From Parcubacteria group bacterium (GTDB lineage Bacteria; Patescibacteriota; Minisyncoccia; UBA6257; JACRHW01): a DNA stretch of 64,000 nt. The stretch lies in the NCBI GenBank assembly GCA_016217555.1, contig JACRHW010000016.1:8845-72844 (forward strand), read 5' to 3'. Position numbers and translations under genes: made by a program. This document shows, in pieces, positions 1 to 9,378 of this stretch. The notes beneath the pieces were generated by a model. It worked only from the letters and a program-made list of their open reading frames with translations. It was not told where the DNA came from and searched no databases. Every line of letters begins with the position of its first letter. The first letter of the stretch is position 1.

Positions 1-2
1 GT

Positions 3-200
3 ATGGAGGTAACAGCATATATCCCTGGAGAGGGGCATAATTTACAGGAACACTCTGTGGTGATGATTCGTGGAGGAAAGGTAAAAGATTTGCCAGGGGT
101 ACGTTATCACATCGTGCGTGGAAGACTTGATACATCAGGCGTTCAGAATAGAAAGCAACAGCGCTCTAAATATGGCGCAAAAAGACCTAAGGCAAAATAA
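3..200 (+). CDS. rpsL: 30S ribosomal protein S12, C-terminal part (5' truncated by window)
   Basis: [39 protein letters not shown] motifs. Confidence 0.98.
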   Translation: MEVTAYIPGEGHNLQEHSVVMIRGGKVKDLPGVRYHIVRGRLDTSGVQNRKQQRSKYGAKRPKAK

Positions 201-268
201 TCAGCTTTTAGGAATAGACGGTCCTAAATTTCCCTAGGAGCTATAAGCTATAAGCTATAAACTAAACC
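201..268. repeat. Heptamer-arm intergenic element (AGCTATA x3) with TAGG/CCTA inner boundaries
   Basis: agcttttagg...cctaggagctataagctataagctata fills the rpsL-rpsG spacer; similar elements at 10363, 37661, 39523, 41273, 41826, 54967. Confidence 0.75.
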
Positions 269-739
269 ATGAGAAGAAAAAGAAAATATACACGAGAACT
301 TGAACCAGATGCTGTTTACGAAAGCGTAGAGGTTACGCGCTTTATTAATAAACTCATGTCTGATGGAAAGAAGGCAGCCGCCGAAAAAATTATGTATGGC
401 GCACTTGATATTGTTGCTGAAAAAACAAAACTTAATCCTTCAGAGGTTCTTAAAACAGCAATTGATAATGTGGCACCAACTGTCGAGGTAGCATCACGCA
501 GGGTGGGTGGTGCAAACTATCAGGTTCCACGCGAGGTGCGCCCAACACGAAGATTCGCCCTCGCATTACGTTGGCTTATCGGTGCAGCTCAGGCTAAAAA
601 AACAGGGAAGGGCATGACAGAAAAACTTGCAGAGGAGCTTCTTCTCGCAATACAAAAAGAAGGTGCTGCAATGAAAAAACGCGGTGACATGCACCGCATG
701 GCAGAGGCCAACAAAGCATTCGCGCATTTTAAATGGTAA
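269..739 (+). CDS. rpsG: 30S ribosomal protein S7
   Basis: SRRVGGANYQVP, HRMAEANKAFAHF. Confidence 0.98.
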   Translation: MRRKRKYTRELEPDAVYESVEVTRFINKLMSDGKKAAAEKIMYGALDIVAEKTKLNPSEVLKTAIDNVAPTVEVASRRVGGANYQVPREVRPTRRFALALRWLIGAAQAKKTGKGMTEKLAEELLLAIQKEGAAMKKRGDMHRMAEANKAFAHFKW

Positions 740-752
740 AAATAAATATACT

Positions 753-850
753 AATATACGAATCCGTTCAAATGATACGAATGGTTACGAATACGAGTTG
801 AGACTATTCGTATTGATTTGTATCATTAGTATAATTCGTATATTTGTATG
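753..850. repeat. TACGAAT/ATTCGTA short-period inverted-repeat element
   Basis: Left arm has three TACGAAT copies; right arm has ATTCGTA/ATTTGTA copies, forming an imperfect hairpin between rpsG and fusA. Confidence 0.7.
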
Positions 851-858
851 TTTACCTT

Positions 859-2982
859 ATGAGACAATATCCTATCGAAAAATATCGTAACATTGGCATT
901 ATTGCCCACATCGACGCTGGAAAAACAACCGTTTCCGAGCGCATTTTGTTTTATACAGGCATATCCTATAAGATTGGTGAGGTGCATGAAGGGGCCGCAG
1001 TTATGGACTGGATGGAACAAGAACAGGAACGTGGTATCACTATTACAGCGGCTGCGACGACTTGTTTTTGGACGCCCACTTATCTCAAGGATGGCGTTGC
1101 TGATTTAGAAAAGGTTAAGAAAGAGCACGAACATCGCATCAATATTATCGATACTCCAGGTCATGTGGACTTTACTGTTGAGGTAGAGCGATCACTTCGT
1201 GTACTAGATGGAGGCGTTGTTGTTTTTGACGGGGTAGCAGGCGTAGAACCACAGTCAGAAACAGTGTGGAGACAGGCCGATAAATATCATGTGCCTCGTA
1301 TTTGTTTTATCAATAAACTCGATCGATTGGGTGCAAGCTTTGAACGATCACTTGCCTCTGTTCATGAACGCCTTACTCCCCATGCTGTACCCCTAAGTAT
1401 TCCTATTGGTTTAGAATCAGATTTCAAGGGCGTCATTGACCTTATCCGTATGAAAGCTGTTTCGTTTGTGGGGGAAAATGGAAATGATATTGTTCTCTCG
1501 GATATCCCAGAAGATTTGTCAGCAGAGGCAGAGATGTATCGCCATAATCTTATAGAAAAAATTGTTGAACAGGACGACGAATTGCTTACAAAATATCTTG
1601 ATGGAAAGGAGATCAGTGAACAAGAACTTCGTCGTGCATTAAGAAAGGCAACGATTGCTGGTGCTATTGTTCCGGTACTTTGTGGATCCGCTTTGAAAAA
1701 CAAGGGAGTTCAGCTTGTGCTTGATGCGGTAATTGATTATCTTCCAGCACCAACTGATATTCCGGCAATTAAAGGAACAGATCCTGATTCCGGAAACGAA
1801 CTCGAGCGTCATCCTAATGACGAAGAACCATTTTCTGGGCTTGCTTTTAAAGTTGCTACCGACCCTTTTATTGGAAATCTCACCTATGTGCGTGTCTATT
1901 CGGGTGTTTTGAAACGTAGTAGTTATGTTTTAAATTCGGTAAAGGGTGAGCAGGAGCGTATTGGGCGTCTTGTGCGCATGCACGCAAATCATCGTGAGGA
2001 AATTGAGGAAATGTACGCAGGAGATCTTGGTGCTGTGGTGGGACTTAAAACCACATTTACCGGAGACACTCTTTGTGATTCTGCTACGCCTATTGTTTTA
2101 GAAAAAATTATATTTCCAGAACCTGTTATTTCGGTACGTATCGAACCAAAAACAAAAGCAGACCAAGAAAAGATGGGTATTGCACTACGTAGGTTGGCAC
2201 AGGAGGATCCAACATTCCGTATTATAAGCGACCAGGAGACAAACGAAACATTAATTTATGGTATGGGAGAACTCCATCTTGAAATTCTCGTTGATCGTAT
2301 GTTTCGCGAGTTTAAGGTAGAAGCAAATGTAGGAAGACCGCAAGTAGCATACAAGGAAGCCATTAAAGCAAAGGCGGAGGCAGAGGGTAAATATATCCGT
2401 CAATCTGGAGGTAAGGGTCAATATGGACATGTGCGCTTGAGAATCGAACCACGAGAACGTGGTGCAGGGTTTGAATTTACTAATGCTATCAAGGGAGGTG
2501 CCATTCCGCAGGAGTTTATTCCTGCCGTTGAAAAGGGAGTGAAGGAGGCAACAATGAAAGGGGTTCTCGCTGGATATCCTGTCGTTGATGTTGCGGTAAC
2601 ACTTTATGATGGATCGTATCATGACGTAGACTCTTCCGAATCTGCTTTTAAAATTGCAGGTTCTATGGCGTTTCAAGAAGCGGCAAAGCGTGGAGGTATT
2701 TCGATTCTTGAACCTATCATGAAGGTCCAGGTTATTATTCCTATCCAATTCCTAGGCGATGTGTCTGGTGATCTCAATGCCAAGAGAGGAAGAATTGAAT
2801 CCATTGATGAGCGTCTGAATGTAAAAGTTATCGATGTAAAGGTGCCACTTTCAGAAATGTTTGGATACGCCACAAAAATTCGTTCCATGACGGAGGGGAG
2901 AGGAATATTTACCATGGAATTTGATAGCTATCAGGAGATGCCAAAGAATGTGGCAGAACTCATGATGGCAGGCAAGAAGTAA
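859..2982 (+). CDS. fusA: Elongation factor G
   Basis: [27 protein letters not shown]; start placed at ATG 859 (MRQYPIEK). Confidence 0.98.
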   Translation: MRQYPIEKYRNIGIIAHIDAGKTTVSERILFYTGISYKIGEVHEGAAVMDWMEQEQERGITITAAATTCFWTPTYLKDGVADLEKVKKEHEHRINIIDTPGHVDFTVEVERSLRVLDGGVVVFDGVAGVEPQSETVWRQADKYHVPRICFINKLDRLGASFERSLASVHERLTPHAVPLSIPIGLESDFKGVIDLIRMKAVSFVGENGNDIVLSDIPEDLSAEAEMYRHNLIEKIVEQDDELLTKYLDGKEISEQELRRALRKATIAGAIVPVLCGSALKNKGVQLVLDAVIDYLPAPTDIPAIKGTDPDSGNELERHPNDEEPFSGLAFKVATDPFIGNLTYVRVYSGVLKRSSYVLNSVKGEQERIGRLVRMHANHREEIEEMYAGDLGAVVGLKTTFTGDTLCDSATPIVLEKIIFPEPVISVRIEPKTKADQEKMGIALRRLAQEDPTFRIISDQETNETLIYGMGELHLEILVDRMFREFKVEANVGRPQVAYKEAIKAKAEAEGKYIRQSGGKGQYGHVRLRIEPRERGAGFEFTNAIKGGAIPQEFIPAVEKGVKEATMKGVLAGYPVVDVAVTLYDGSYHDVDSSESAFKIAGSMAFQEAAKRGGISILEPIMKVQVIIPIQFLGDVSGDLNAKRGRIESIDERLNVKVIDVKVPLSEMFGYATKIRSMTEGRGIFTMEFDSYQEMPKNVAELMMAGKK

Positions 2983-3161
2983 AGGAGTTGGCTTCTGAAC
3001 GTAGTGAAGAACTGCCAAACCTTTACCCCGCCCTCTAAGCACATCGAGCCTCGTTTTAACCTTGTATCCACATGCATAGAGGGCGGGGTGCTCAATGTTG
3101 TAGATAAATTTATCTCGCTCAACATTGGGTCTCGCTCATAAATTTAAACAACATTGGCATG
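2980..3161 (+). mobile_element. Composite palindromic intergenic element, copy A (stop codon to start codon)
   Basis: Close match to 40382-40563 and related to 38713-38901; inner module bounded by ACCCCGCCCTCTA (3025-3037) and TAGAGGGCGGGGT (3077-3089). Confidence 0.85.
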
Positions 3162-3380
3162 AATACTTTCGAAAAAATAAAAAAAATTCTTGAGTATGGA
3201 AGTGGAAAGGCGATTGTGCTTGACCACGAAGCAACCCCAGCATTTATCGTGATGAACTGGAAGGAGTATGAAAAAATACTCCACACCATCGATGTGCTAC
3301 GTGGATTACAAGAGCAACCAATACATCACGTTCCACGCCCATCACACGACCAACTTACTCTCAACGATCTACCTCTATAG
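3159..3380 (+). CDS. Small hypothetical protein; Phd/YefM-like N-terminal pattern, LTLNDLPL tail
   Basis: Clean ORF starting right after the element; PAFIVMNWKEYEKI resembles the antitoxin-type pattern. Confidence 0.7.
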   Translation: MNTFEKIKKILEYGSGKAIVLDHEATPAFIVMNWKEYEKILHTIDVLRGLQEQPIHHVPRPSHDQLTLNDLPL

Positions 3381-3384
3381 TCAC

Positions 3385-3493
3385 ACCTACCCCTCTCCAA
3401 AACTCGCCTCCAAGAGGGAGACCGTTACAACCCCCCTATTATAGCGATACAACTTGACTCCCCCTTGAGGGCTCGCTTCGGAGAGGGGTAGGT
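3385..3493 (+). repeat. Structured palindromic repeat, copy 1 (copy 2 at 56738-56842 on the minus strand)
   Basis: 14-bp IR ACCTACCCCTCTCC/GGAGAGGGGTAGGT; core CTCCAAG..GACCGTTA..TAGCGATA..TGACTCCCCCTTGAGG shared with copy 2. Confidence 0.8.
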
Positions 3494-3513
3494 TCCAAAC
3501 TAGTATAATATAG

Positions 3514-3535
3514 AAAACACCCCTGTGGGTGTTTT
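3514..3535. terminator. Probable bidirectional intrinsic terminator
   Basis: AAAACACCC-CTGT-GGGTGTTTT hairpin between convergent genes. Confidence 0.55.
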
Positions 3536-3543
3536 TGGTTTTG

Positions 3544-3882
3544 TTATAAATCTGGTTTTAAAATGCTTTCGAGGAGAAGCTGTTTTATCTCGTCGTACGG
3601 TGTGCGAGAGAAAAAGGGGATGCCGAGGTTGGGGACATCGCGAAGACACTCATTCCAAAAGACTTCAAAAATCGCCTTGGTCCACTCGTCGGGGCTTATT
3701 ACTTCGTTTTTCATACCACGCCACTGCTTTACGCGTCCGAGTCTCATTAGATATTGCTCCCACTCGTAGAAACGACGTTTAAGAATTGAGAGATACCAGC
3801 TCTTTTGTTCACTATCTTTTGGGGGAAAGGCGACAAGATTAAAGATGATGGTTTCCGCATCATAGTCGATGAAGCTACTCAT
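3544..3882 (-). CDS. Hypothetical protein
   Basis: 112-aa ORF in tandem with the upstream ORF; no recognisable motif. Confidence 0.55.
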   Translation of the reverse strand: MSSFIDYDAETIIFNLVAFPPKDSEQKSWYLSILKRRFYEWEQYLMRLGRVKQWRGMKNEVISPDEWTKAIFEVFWNECLRDVPNLGIPFFSRTPYDEIKQLLLESILKPDL

Positions 3883-3890
3883 CGTTGCGC

Positions 3891-4310
3891 CTACTCAAAC
3901 GAACCATGCGAAAGATGTCTACATTCGCGATCATTTGGCTTTGAACTAAATACATGGCTTGCGCTTTCAACAAGAGTTTTGTCGTATGCTCCAACAAGAT
4001 CGTGTACAACAAGGTGTGCGCTTTCTTTAACCTCATCATCTATCTCTTGTTGTAACTCTTCTTTGTAGTGTTTGGGATGTGGATGTCTTTTCAGCCACGT
4101 TATCTTCCTATAAAGCTCGTGGTGCCAACACTCACTACTGTTGGGACATATGGTGGCGACACCATATCCAGGATAACCACCCATCGTTACTCGATTGGTT
4201 AACCCACCGCACACCCAGCACTTAAATACCTGAAGCGTTCGAAACGTATCATCGCGTTTATTCGGATAATCTTTTTTCCGCATATCATAGAGGACGATGT
4301 TTTCACCCAT
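3891..4310 (-). CDS. Hypothetical Cys/His-rich (possible zinc-binding) protein
   Basis: CWVCG, ICPNSSECWHH, ECRH motifs. Confidence 0.6.
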   Translation of the reverse strand: MGENIVLYDMRKKDYPNKRDDTFRTLQVFKCWVCGGLTNRVTMGGYPGYGVATICPNSSECWHHELYRKITWLKRHPHPKHYKEELQQEIDDEVKESAHLVVHDLVGAYDKTLVESASHVFSSKPNDRECRHLSHGSFE

Positions 4311-4444
4311 TTTCTGTCACCCCTGTTATAAAAGTACTGTTTCTATATTAAACCCAAAATCAACTTTTTTAAAACCCTTGACAAATCCGCAAAAACTGGT
4401 TTACTTAAATCAGCACAAAACACACAAAAAAGGAGAAAAAAATC

Positions 4445-4951
4445 ATGGGTACACCAAGTACGAACATTCTCACCATCGACCGTTCCCAACCCTTTAACTC
4501 CGAACCCTTTTTCGACAATTGGTGGAGCTTCTGGAAAGGTCCGATCGACGGCAATGGTCTCGAAGGTGACGAGGAGCAAGATCAACGTTCCCTCACCATC
4601 ACGGAGTTGGATCTGAACAAGATTCGTCTCGTGACTATGTTTAATGGTAAGACTAGAATGTCGGGCGAGGAGAGTCTGGTGCTTCTCAAGGCGAGTGGTG
4701 TCATTCGCCTCGACGCCAAGGTTTTCAAGACGCTCTTAGAGAACCAGTCTCATATCCCTAAAGAGTGGTGGAAGAAGACAAATGGTCTCACAACCAGCAT
4801 CTTCTTCGATGGCACGGTTTTCCGCGGTTCGCGTGGCACTTGTTGGACGCTCTGTCTCTGCCTCAGCGGTGGCGAGTGTGGCTGGGGCTACGGCGGGATC
4901 GGCTATAGTCGGAGCGTCGACGATCTGTCTGCGGTGTATGTAAATTCCTAA
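4445..4951 (+). CDS. Hypothetical protein with an A-depleted C-terminal coding region (DGR-target-like)
   Basis: AAAGGAGA SD, upstream TTGACA, higher GC than flanks, downstream hairpin plus T-run. Confidence 0.8.
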   Translation: MGTPSTNILTIDRSQPFNSEPFFDNWWSFWKGPIDGNGLEGDEEQDQRSLTITELDLNKIRLVTMFNGKTRMSGEESLVLLKASGVIRLDAKVFKTLLENQSHIPKEWWKKTNGLTTSIFFDGTVFRGSRGTCWTLCLCLSGGECGWGYGGIGYSRSVDDLSAVYVNS

Positions 4952-4957
4952 TCCATA

Positions 4958-4984
4958 CCCCACGCACAAGGATGTGTGGGTTTT
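4958..4984 (+). terminator. Hairpin plus T tract
   Basis: CCCACGCA-CAAGGA-TGTGTGGG-TTTT. Confidence 0.55.
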
Positions 4985-5031
4985 AATTTCTGAAAACCTT
5001 CGGAGGGAAACCAAAAAACAAACACCTGCCA

Positions 5032-5145
5032 CTATGCCACAGCATAGTAGTAACATATTTTTATAGCGGGTCCTAAAAAATGTTTTTAGTCATACCCAGC
5101 ATGCCGTGGCATAGCTCCAACTATGGTAGTCGAACTACCATAGTT
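5032..5145. repeat. MITE-like IR (CTATGCCACAGCAT...ATGCCGTGGCATAG) followed by a 12-bp hairpin
   Basis: IR arms at 5032-5045 and 5101-5114; AACTATGGTAGT/ACTACCATAGTT at 5119-5145. Confidence 0.55.
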
Positions 5146-5223
5146 AGTAAAAGCATCGTTGCCTTTTGAGACCTGTTGATTTAGTCTAATGGTAGTACTT
5201 TGAAGATAGGGGTGGGATGGGTA

Positions 5224-5568
5224 ATGGAAAAAGAACCGCTTGTATTTATCATTGTTCCCAAAGGAAACACAAAAGCCAAAGATGCCCTAAAAAAACTAGG
5301 AGAGTATGCAACATCTCTTTCTATTTGTTTCACTGATACATATGTGTTTCGTAGAGTGAATATGTTTACGGTAGCCCTCAACAAAAAGGATGCTGAAATA
5401 TTGTTTCGTGCTAAATTTCAATGGGTTACCTTTACCGTGCCCAATCTCAACACAGGACCCCACGAAAAGAGTGATTGGAAGGTAATTAAACCACCACAAA
5501 TTCCGCAAGGGCTAGAAGATAGTATCCAATCTATTACCTTAGACCAACAAGTTTTTCTCACCGATTAG
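5224..5568 (+). CDS. Hypothetical protein
   Basis: ORF with likely ATG start at 5224; no motif recognised. Confidence 0.55.
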   Translation: MEKEPLVFIIVPKGNTKAKDALKKLGEYATSLSICFTDTYVFRRVNMFTVALNKKDAEILFRAKFQWVTFTVPNLNTGPHEKSDWKVIKPPQIPQGLEDSIQSITLDQQVFLTD

Positions 5569-5569
5569 T

Positions 5570-5606
5570 TGTGAACCTCCCCGCCCTTACAGGCGGGGAG
5601 GTTCAC
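5570..5606. repeat. GC-rich palindrome GTGAACCTCCCCGCC...GGCGGGGAGGTTCAC
   Basis: 15-bp IR; CCCCGCC/GGCGGGG stem shared with the inner module of the composite elements and reminiscent of IS200/IS605 end hairpins. Confidence 0.6.
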
Positions 5607-5706
5607 AGGGGATTGAAATTTCTTTTGTGAGGAATTTTGATTAATTATCATATGCCACCCAAAAACTGGGTGGTTCTCATTTTTACCACCCCAAACGTAA
5701 CAGGGG

Positions 5707-5734
5707 TTGACATATGTTTAAAAATCACTAAACT
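5707..5734 (+). promoter_or_regulatory. Sigma70-type promoter for tuf
   Basis: TTGACA-16 nt-TAAACT. Confidence 0.5.
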
Positions 5735-5829
5735 TAATCAGGTAGGTAGATAAACATTTAACTAACATAACAAGAGTAGACAGTGATGCTAAAGCATTAC
5801 TTTTTATTCGTAGAAACAAAAAAATTAGT

Positions 5830-7029
5830 ATGGCGGAAAAAGCAAAATTCGAAAGGACAAAGCCACACGTAAACGTCGGAACCATTGGTCACGTTGACCA
5901 CGGGAAGACTACGCTTACTGCGGCCATCACCCACGTGCTCCATCTTAAGGGGTTTGTTGATAAGGAGGAGTCAGTGGATCAAATCGATAACGCACCCGAG
6001 GAAAAAGCTCGTGGTATTACTATTGCTCTTCACCACTCTGAATATCAGACAGAAAAACGCCACTATGCTCACATCGATGCTCCAGGTCACGCCGATTACA
6101 TCAAGAACATGATTACTGGTGCAGCTCAGATGGATGGTGCCATCCTTGTTGTTTCAGCAGTTGATGGTCCTATGCCTCAGACACGTGAACACATTTTGCT
6201 TGCACGTCAGGTGGGTGTTCCCGCACTTGTTGTCTTTTTGAACAAAGTAGATATGGTTGATGATCCAGAACTTATTGATCTCGTTGAGGAGGAGGTTCGT
6301 GAATTGCTTACAAAACAAGAATTTCATGGAGATAAGGCTCCTGTGATCCGCGGTTCAGCTCTCAAGGCTCTTAATGCAAAATCAGCAGATGATCCAGACG
6401 TACAGCCTATTATGGATCTTGTAAATGCACTTGACACCTATATTCCTGATCCTGTACGTGACACGGAAAAACCATTTTTGATGCCTATCGAAGATATCTT
6501 TACTATTGAAGGACGCGGAACTGTTGTAACGGGTCGCGCAGAACGTGGTGTGATTAAGACAAACGATGAGGTTGAAATTATTGGTCTCCGCCCAAGCCAG
6601 AAAACAGTAATTACCGGTATCGAAATGTTCCAAAAGACACTTGACGAAGGTCGTGCAGGAGATAATGTTGGACTTCTTATTCGCGGTATTAAGAAAGAAG
6701 ACGTAGAACGTGGTCAGGTTATTGCAAAACCAGGTTCAGTTACCCCCCATACTGATTTTGAAGCAGAAGTATATATTTTGAACAAAGAAGAGGGAGGACG
6801 CCATACACCATTCTTTAAGGGTTACAAACCGCAGTTCTATATCAGAACTACTGATGTAACGGGTGAAGTTCTTTTACCAGAAGGCGTTGAGATGGTTATG
6901 CCTGGAGATAGCGTGAAATTTGGTGTAAAACTTATCTCTCCTGTTGCTCTTGAAGAAAAACAACGTTTTGCCATTCGAGAAGGTGGTAAGACCGTAGGAG
7001 CAGGTGTGGTAACGAAGATTAATAAATAA
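5830..7029 (+). CDS. tuf: Elongation factor Tu
   Basis: [29 protein letters not shown]. Confidence 0.99.
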   Translation: MAEKAKFERTKPHVNVGTIGHVDHGKTTLTAAITHVLHLKGFVDKEESVDQIDNAPEEKARGITIALHHSEYQTEKRHYAHIDAPGHADYIKNMITGAAQMDGAILVVSAVDGPMPQTREHILLARQVGVPALVVFLNKVDMVDDPELIDLVEEEVRELLTKQEFHGDKAPVIRGSALKALNAKSADDPDVQPIMDLVNALDTYIPDPVRDTEKPFLMPIEDIFTIEGRGTVVTGRAERGVIKTNDEVEIIGLRPSQKTVITGIEMFQKTLDEGRAGDNVGLLIRGIKKEDVERGQVIAKPGSVTPHTDFEAEVYILNKEEGGRHTPFFKGYKPQFYIRTTDVTGEVLLPEGVEMVMPGDSVKFGVKLISPVALEEKQRFAIREGGKTVGAGVVTKINK

Positions 7030-7156
7030 ACTTTTATACTAATAGGTGCGCTGAACTTGCGGTGAGCTCAGCGCGCTCGTTTAGTGTAGAAATGTTCTAC
7101 ACGAATAGACCCCCTACCAACATAGTGCGTAAGGGATTTAATAAAAAAATAATAAA

Positions 7157-7483
7157 ATGCCAAAGGAAAAAGACGAAAAAGTTCAAATAAGGATTCGACT
7201 CAAGGCGTATGATTACAAAATCATCGAGAATTCTGCACGCCAAATTGTAGATATTGCAGAACGATATAATGCAAAAGTGAGCGGACCCATTCCACTTCCT
7301 ACAGAAATCAAGAAATACACCGTTAATCGTTCCACGTTCGTACACAAAGATAGTAGAGAGCAATTTGAGTTACGTATTCACAAACGTCTTGTAGATATTT
7401 TAGACCCAAATGAGAAGGTGATAGATGCCTTAATGAACCTAATTATGCCAGCAGGAGTGGACATAGAAATTAAAATGATGTAA
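7157..7483 (+). CDS. rpsJ: 30S ribosomal protein S10
   Basis: [29 protein letters not shown]. Confidence 0.98.
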   Translation: MPKEKDEKVQIRIRLKAYDYKIIENSARQIVDIAERYNAKVSGPIPLPTEIKKYTVNRSTFVHKDSREQFELRIHKRLVDILDPNEKVIDALMNLIMPAGVDIEIKMM

Positions 7484-7607
7484 TTGAAAATTGTGCCTTT
7501 GTAGAATCGCTTCGTTTCAGGCTGCGATACTCATTCGTTATATAATATATAACTTATTCCATTTCTCACCCGTGCCTCGCGCTTCCCTCAAATGCACAAT
7601 TTTTCAA
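7484..7607 (+). repeat. CTTCGT..TACTC..TTTCTC..CCTCG-core palindromic element, copy 1
   Basis: Outer IR TTGAAAATTGTGC/GCACAATTTTTCAA; core shared with 16567-16694 (minus) and 37224-37347. Confidence 0.75.
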
Positions 7608-7716
7608 AATAAACATCGCTAATGAAGTTTTTAACAATAGCAGTAACGTAAAAAAGGAAGAATGAACTACGGTTTTTAGATACCGGCTTCATTTCCGGTA
7701 TTTTTATTCAAATAAT

Positions 7717-8322
7717 ATGCCATTTACACTTGGTAAAAAATTAGGGATGTCACAAGTATATGATGGGGACAAAAGAATTTCTGTCACCGTACTTGAGGCT
7801 GGCCCTATTACTGTTGCCGCTCTTCGTACCCCAGAGAAAGATGGATATTCCGCGGTGTGTATTGGTTTCGGAACAAAAAAACACAAAACAAAACCGCAGA
7901 CAGGTGAATATAACAATTTGCCTAATTTTTTATCTCTCAAGGAATTTAGAGTGGCATCCGAAGAACTTACTAATTATACGGTGGGGCAGGTATTGGGCGT
8001 TGAGGTTTTTGAAGAGGGCACTAAGGCGCGTATCTCTGGGCTTACAAAAGGAAGGGGATTCCAGGGGGTGGTAAAACGTTATAGTTTTGAAGGCGGACCA
8101 AAAACACATGGTCAGAAAAATCGTCATCGTGCTCCAGGATCTATCGGCGCAACCACACCACAACAAGTTATTAAGGGGAGAAGGATGGCGGGAAGAATGG
8201 GAGGACAAAGAAAGACTATAAAAAATCTTACTATTATCCGCGTAGATAAGGAAAATCAACTTATTGCTATCAAGGGTAACGTACCTGGAAATAAGGGAAG
8301 TCTCATAGAAATAACATCATAG
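7717..8322 (+). CDS. rplC: 50S ribosomal protein L3
   Basis: GKKLGMSQ, KGRGFQGVVKR, HRAPGSIG. Confidence 0.97.
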   Translation: MPFTLGKKLGMSQVYDGDKRISVTVLEAGPITVAALRTPEKDGYSAVCIGFGTKKHKTKPQTGEYNNLPNFLSLKEFRVASEELTNYTVGQVLGVEVFEEGTKARISGLTKGRGFQGVVKRYSFEGGPKTHGQKNRHRAPGSIGATTPQQVIKGRRMAGRMGGQRKTIKNLTIIRVDKENQLIAIKGNVPGNKGSLIEITS

Positions 8323-8327
8323 AAAGT

Positions 8328-8966
8328 ATGAAAGCAGATTTGTATAATTCAATGGGGGCGGTAATTGGAACCATCGATGCATCAGATAGGGTTTTTGGCG
8401 TAAAGTGGAATGGAGATCTTATGCGTCAGGTACTTAACACCTATGAGGCAAATGAGAGGCGTCCCCTCGCTCACACAAAAGGACGAGGAGAGGTAAGTGG
8501 GGGGGGTAAAAAACCCTGGAAGCAAAAGGGTACAGGACGTGCACGCGTAGGTTCAAACCGGTCTCCTATTTGGAGAAAGGGTGGCATCACACATGGCCCA
8601 ATTAAAGATAAGGATTATCACAAAGCGCTTCCTAAAAAAATGGCACGAAAGGCCACTGTTATGGCGTTATCCCAAAAACTACGAGACAATGAACTCAAGT
8701 TTATAAGTGGTATGGATTATGTTGAAGCAAAAACAAAAGTAACCGCAACACTTTTGAAACCTTTTGCGGATTTGAAAAAGAAGAATCAACTTTTGGTTGT
8801 TGTCCACGAGAAAAAAGAAGCACTCAATCGTTCTTTGAACAATATCAAAGCCGCCGATTGGGTTCTTGCGAGCGATTTAAATGCAAAAAAACTTATCGGG
8901 CATAGAAACATCATTGTTCTTCAAGACGCACTTGCTCTCATGGAGAAAAATTATAATACCCTATAA
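8328..8966 (+). CDS. rplD: 50S ribosomal protein L4
   Basis: GEVSGGGKKPWKQKGTGRAR. Confidence 0.97.
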   Translation: MKADLYNSMGAVIGTIDASDRVFGVKWNGDLMRQVLNTYEANERRPLAHTKGRGEVSGGGKKPWKQKGTGRARVGSNRSPIWRKGGITHGPIKDKDYHKALPKKMARKATVMALSQKLRDNELKFISGMDYVEAKTKVTATLLKPFADLKKKNQLLVVVHEKKEALNRSLNNIKAADWVLASDLNAKKLIGHRNIIVLQDALALMEKNYNTL

Positions 8967-8972
8967 AAAAGT

Positions 8973-9377
8973 ATGGCATTCCCACTATTTAAAAAAACTG
9001 ACGTAAAGAAAACCAGCCCAAAGAAAAAAGAGGCGCAGGTTTTTGTTGGTCCACAAAGTAATGAGAAAATCGGTGCCGCTGTTCACACGAAGGTAGGGTT
9101 ACGATGGGATCTCGTAAAACACCCGTGGTTTACAGAGAAGGCGTTAAATGGGACCGCACAAAATAAATATGTTTTTAAGGTTGCTCAAGGTGCAAACAAA
9201 CCGGAAATCAAGAAACTTATTGAACGTGGTTATAACGTAAAAGTTTCCTCGGTGCATATGGTAAACATTCCTGGGAAACCTCGAAGGCGTGGTGCACATA
9301 AAGGAGAAAAACCAGGCTACAAAAAAGCGATTGTTACCTTAAGGAAGGGAAGTACATTAGAAGTTGCTACTCAATAA
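8973..9377 (+). CDS. rplW: 50S ribosomal protein L23 with N-terminal extension
   Basis: TEKA, YVFKV..ANKPEIK, YKKAIVTL. Confidence 0.95.
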   Translation: MAFPLFKKTDVKKTSPKKKEAQVFVGPQSNEKIGAAVHTKVGLRWDLVKHPWFTEKALNGTAQNKYVFKVAQGANKPEIKKLIERGYNVKVSSVHMVNIPGKPRRRGAHKGEKPGYKKAIVTLRKGSTLEVATQ

Positions 9378-9378
9378 T

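Noticed and set aside
684-890. 68-aa ORF between rpsG and fusA
   Set aside because: It is the translation of the TACGAAT/ATTCGTA repeat and overlaps both flanking genes
7030-7156. tRNA or known riboswitch between tuf and rpsJ
   Set aside because: Several short hairpins but no cloverleaf, T-loop GTTCRA consensus or recognisable aptamer
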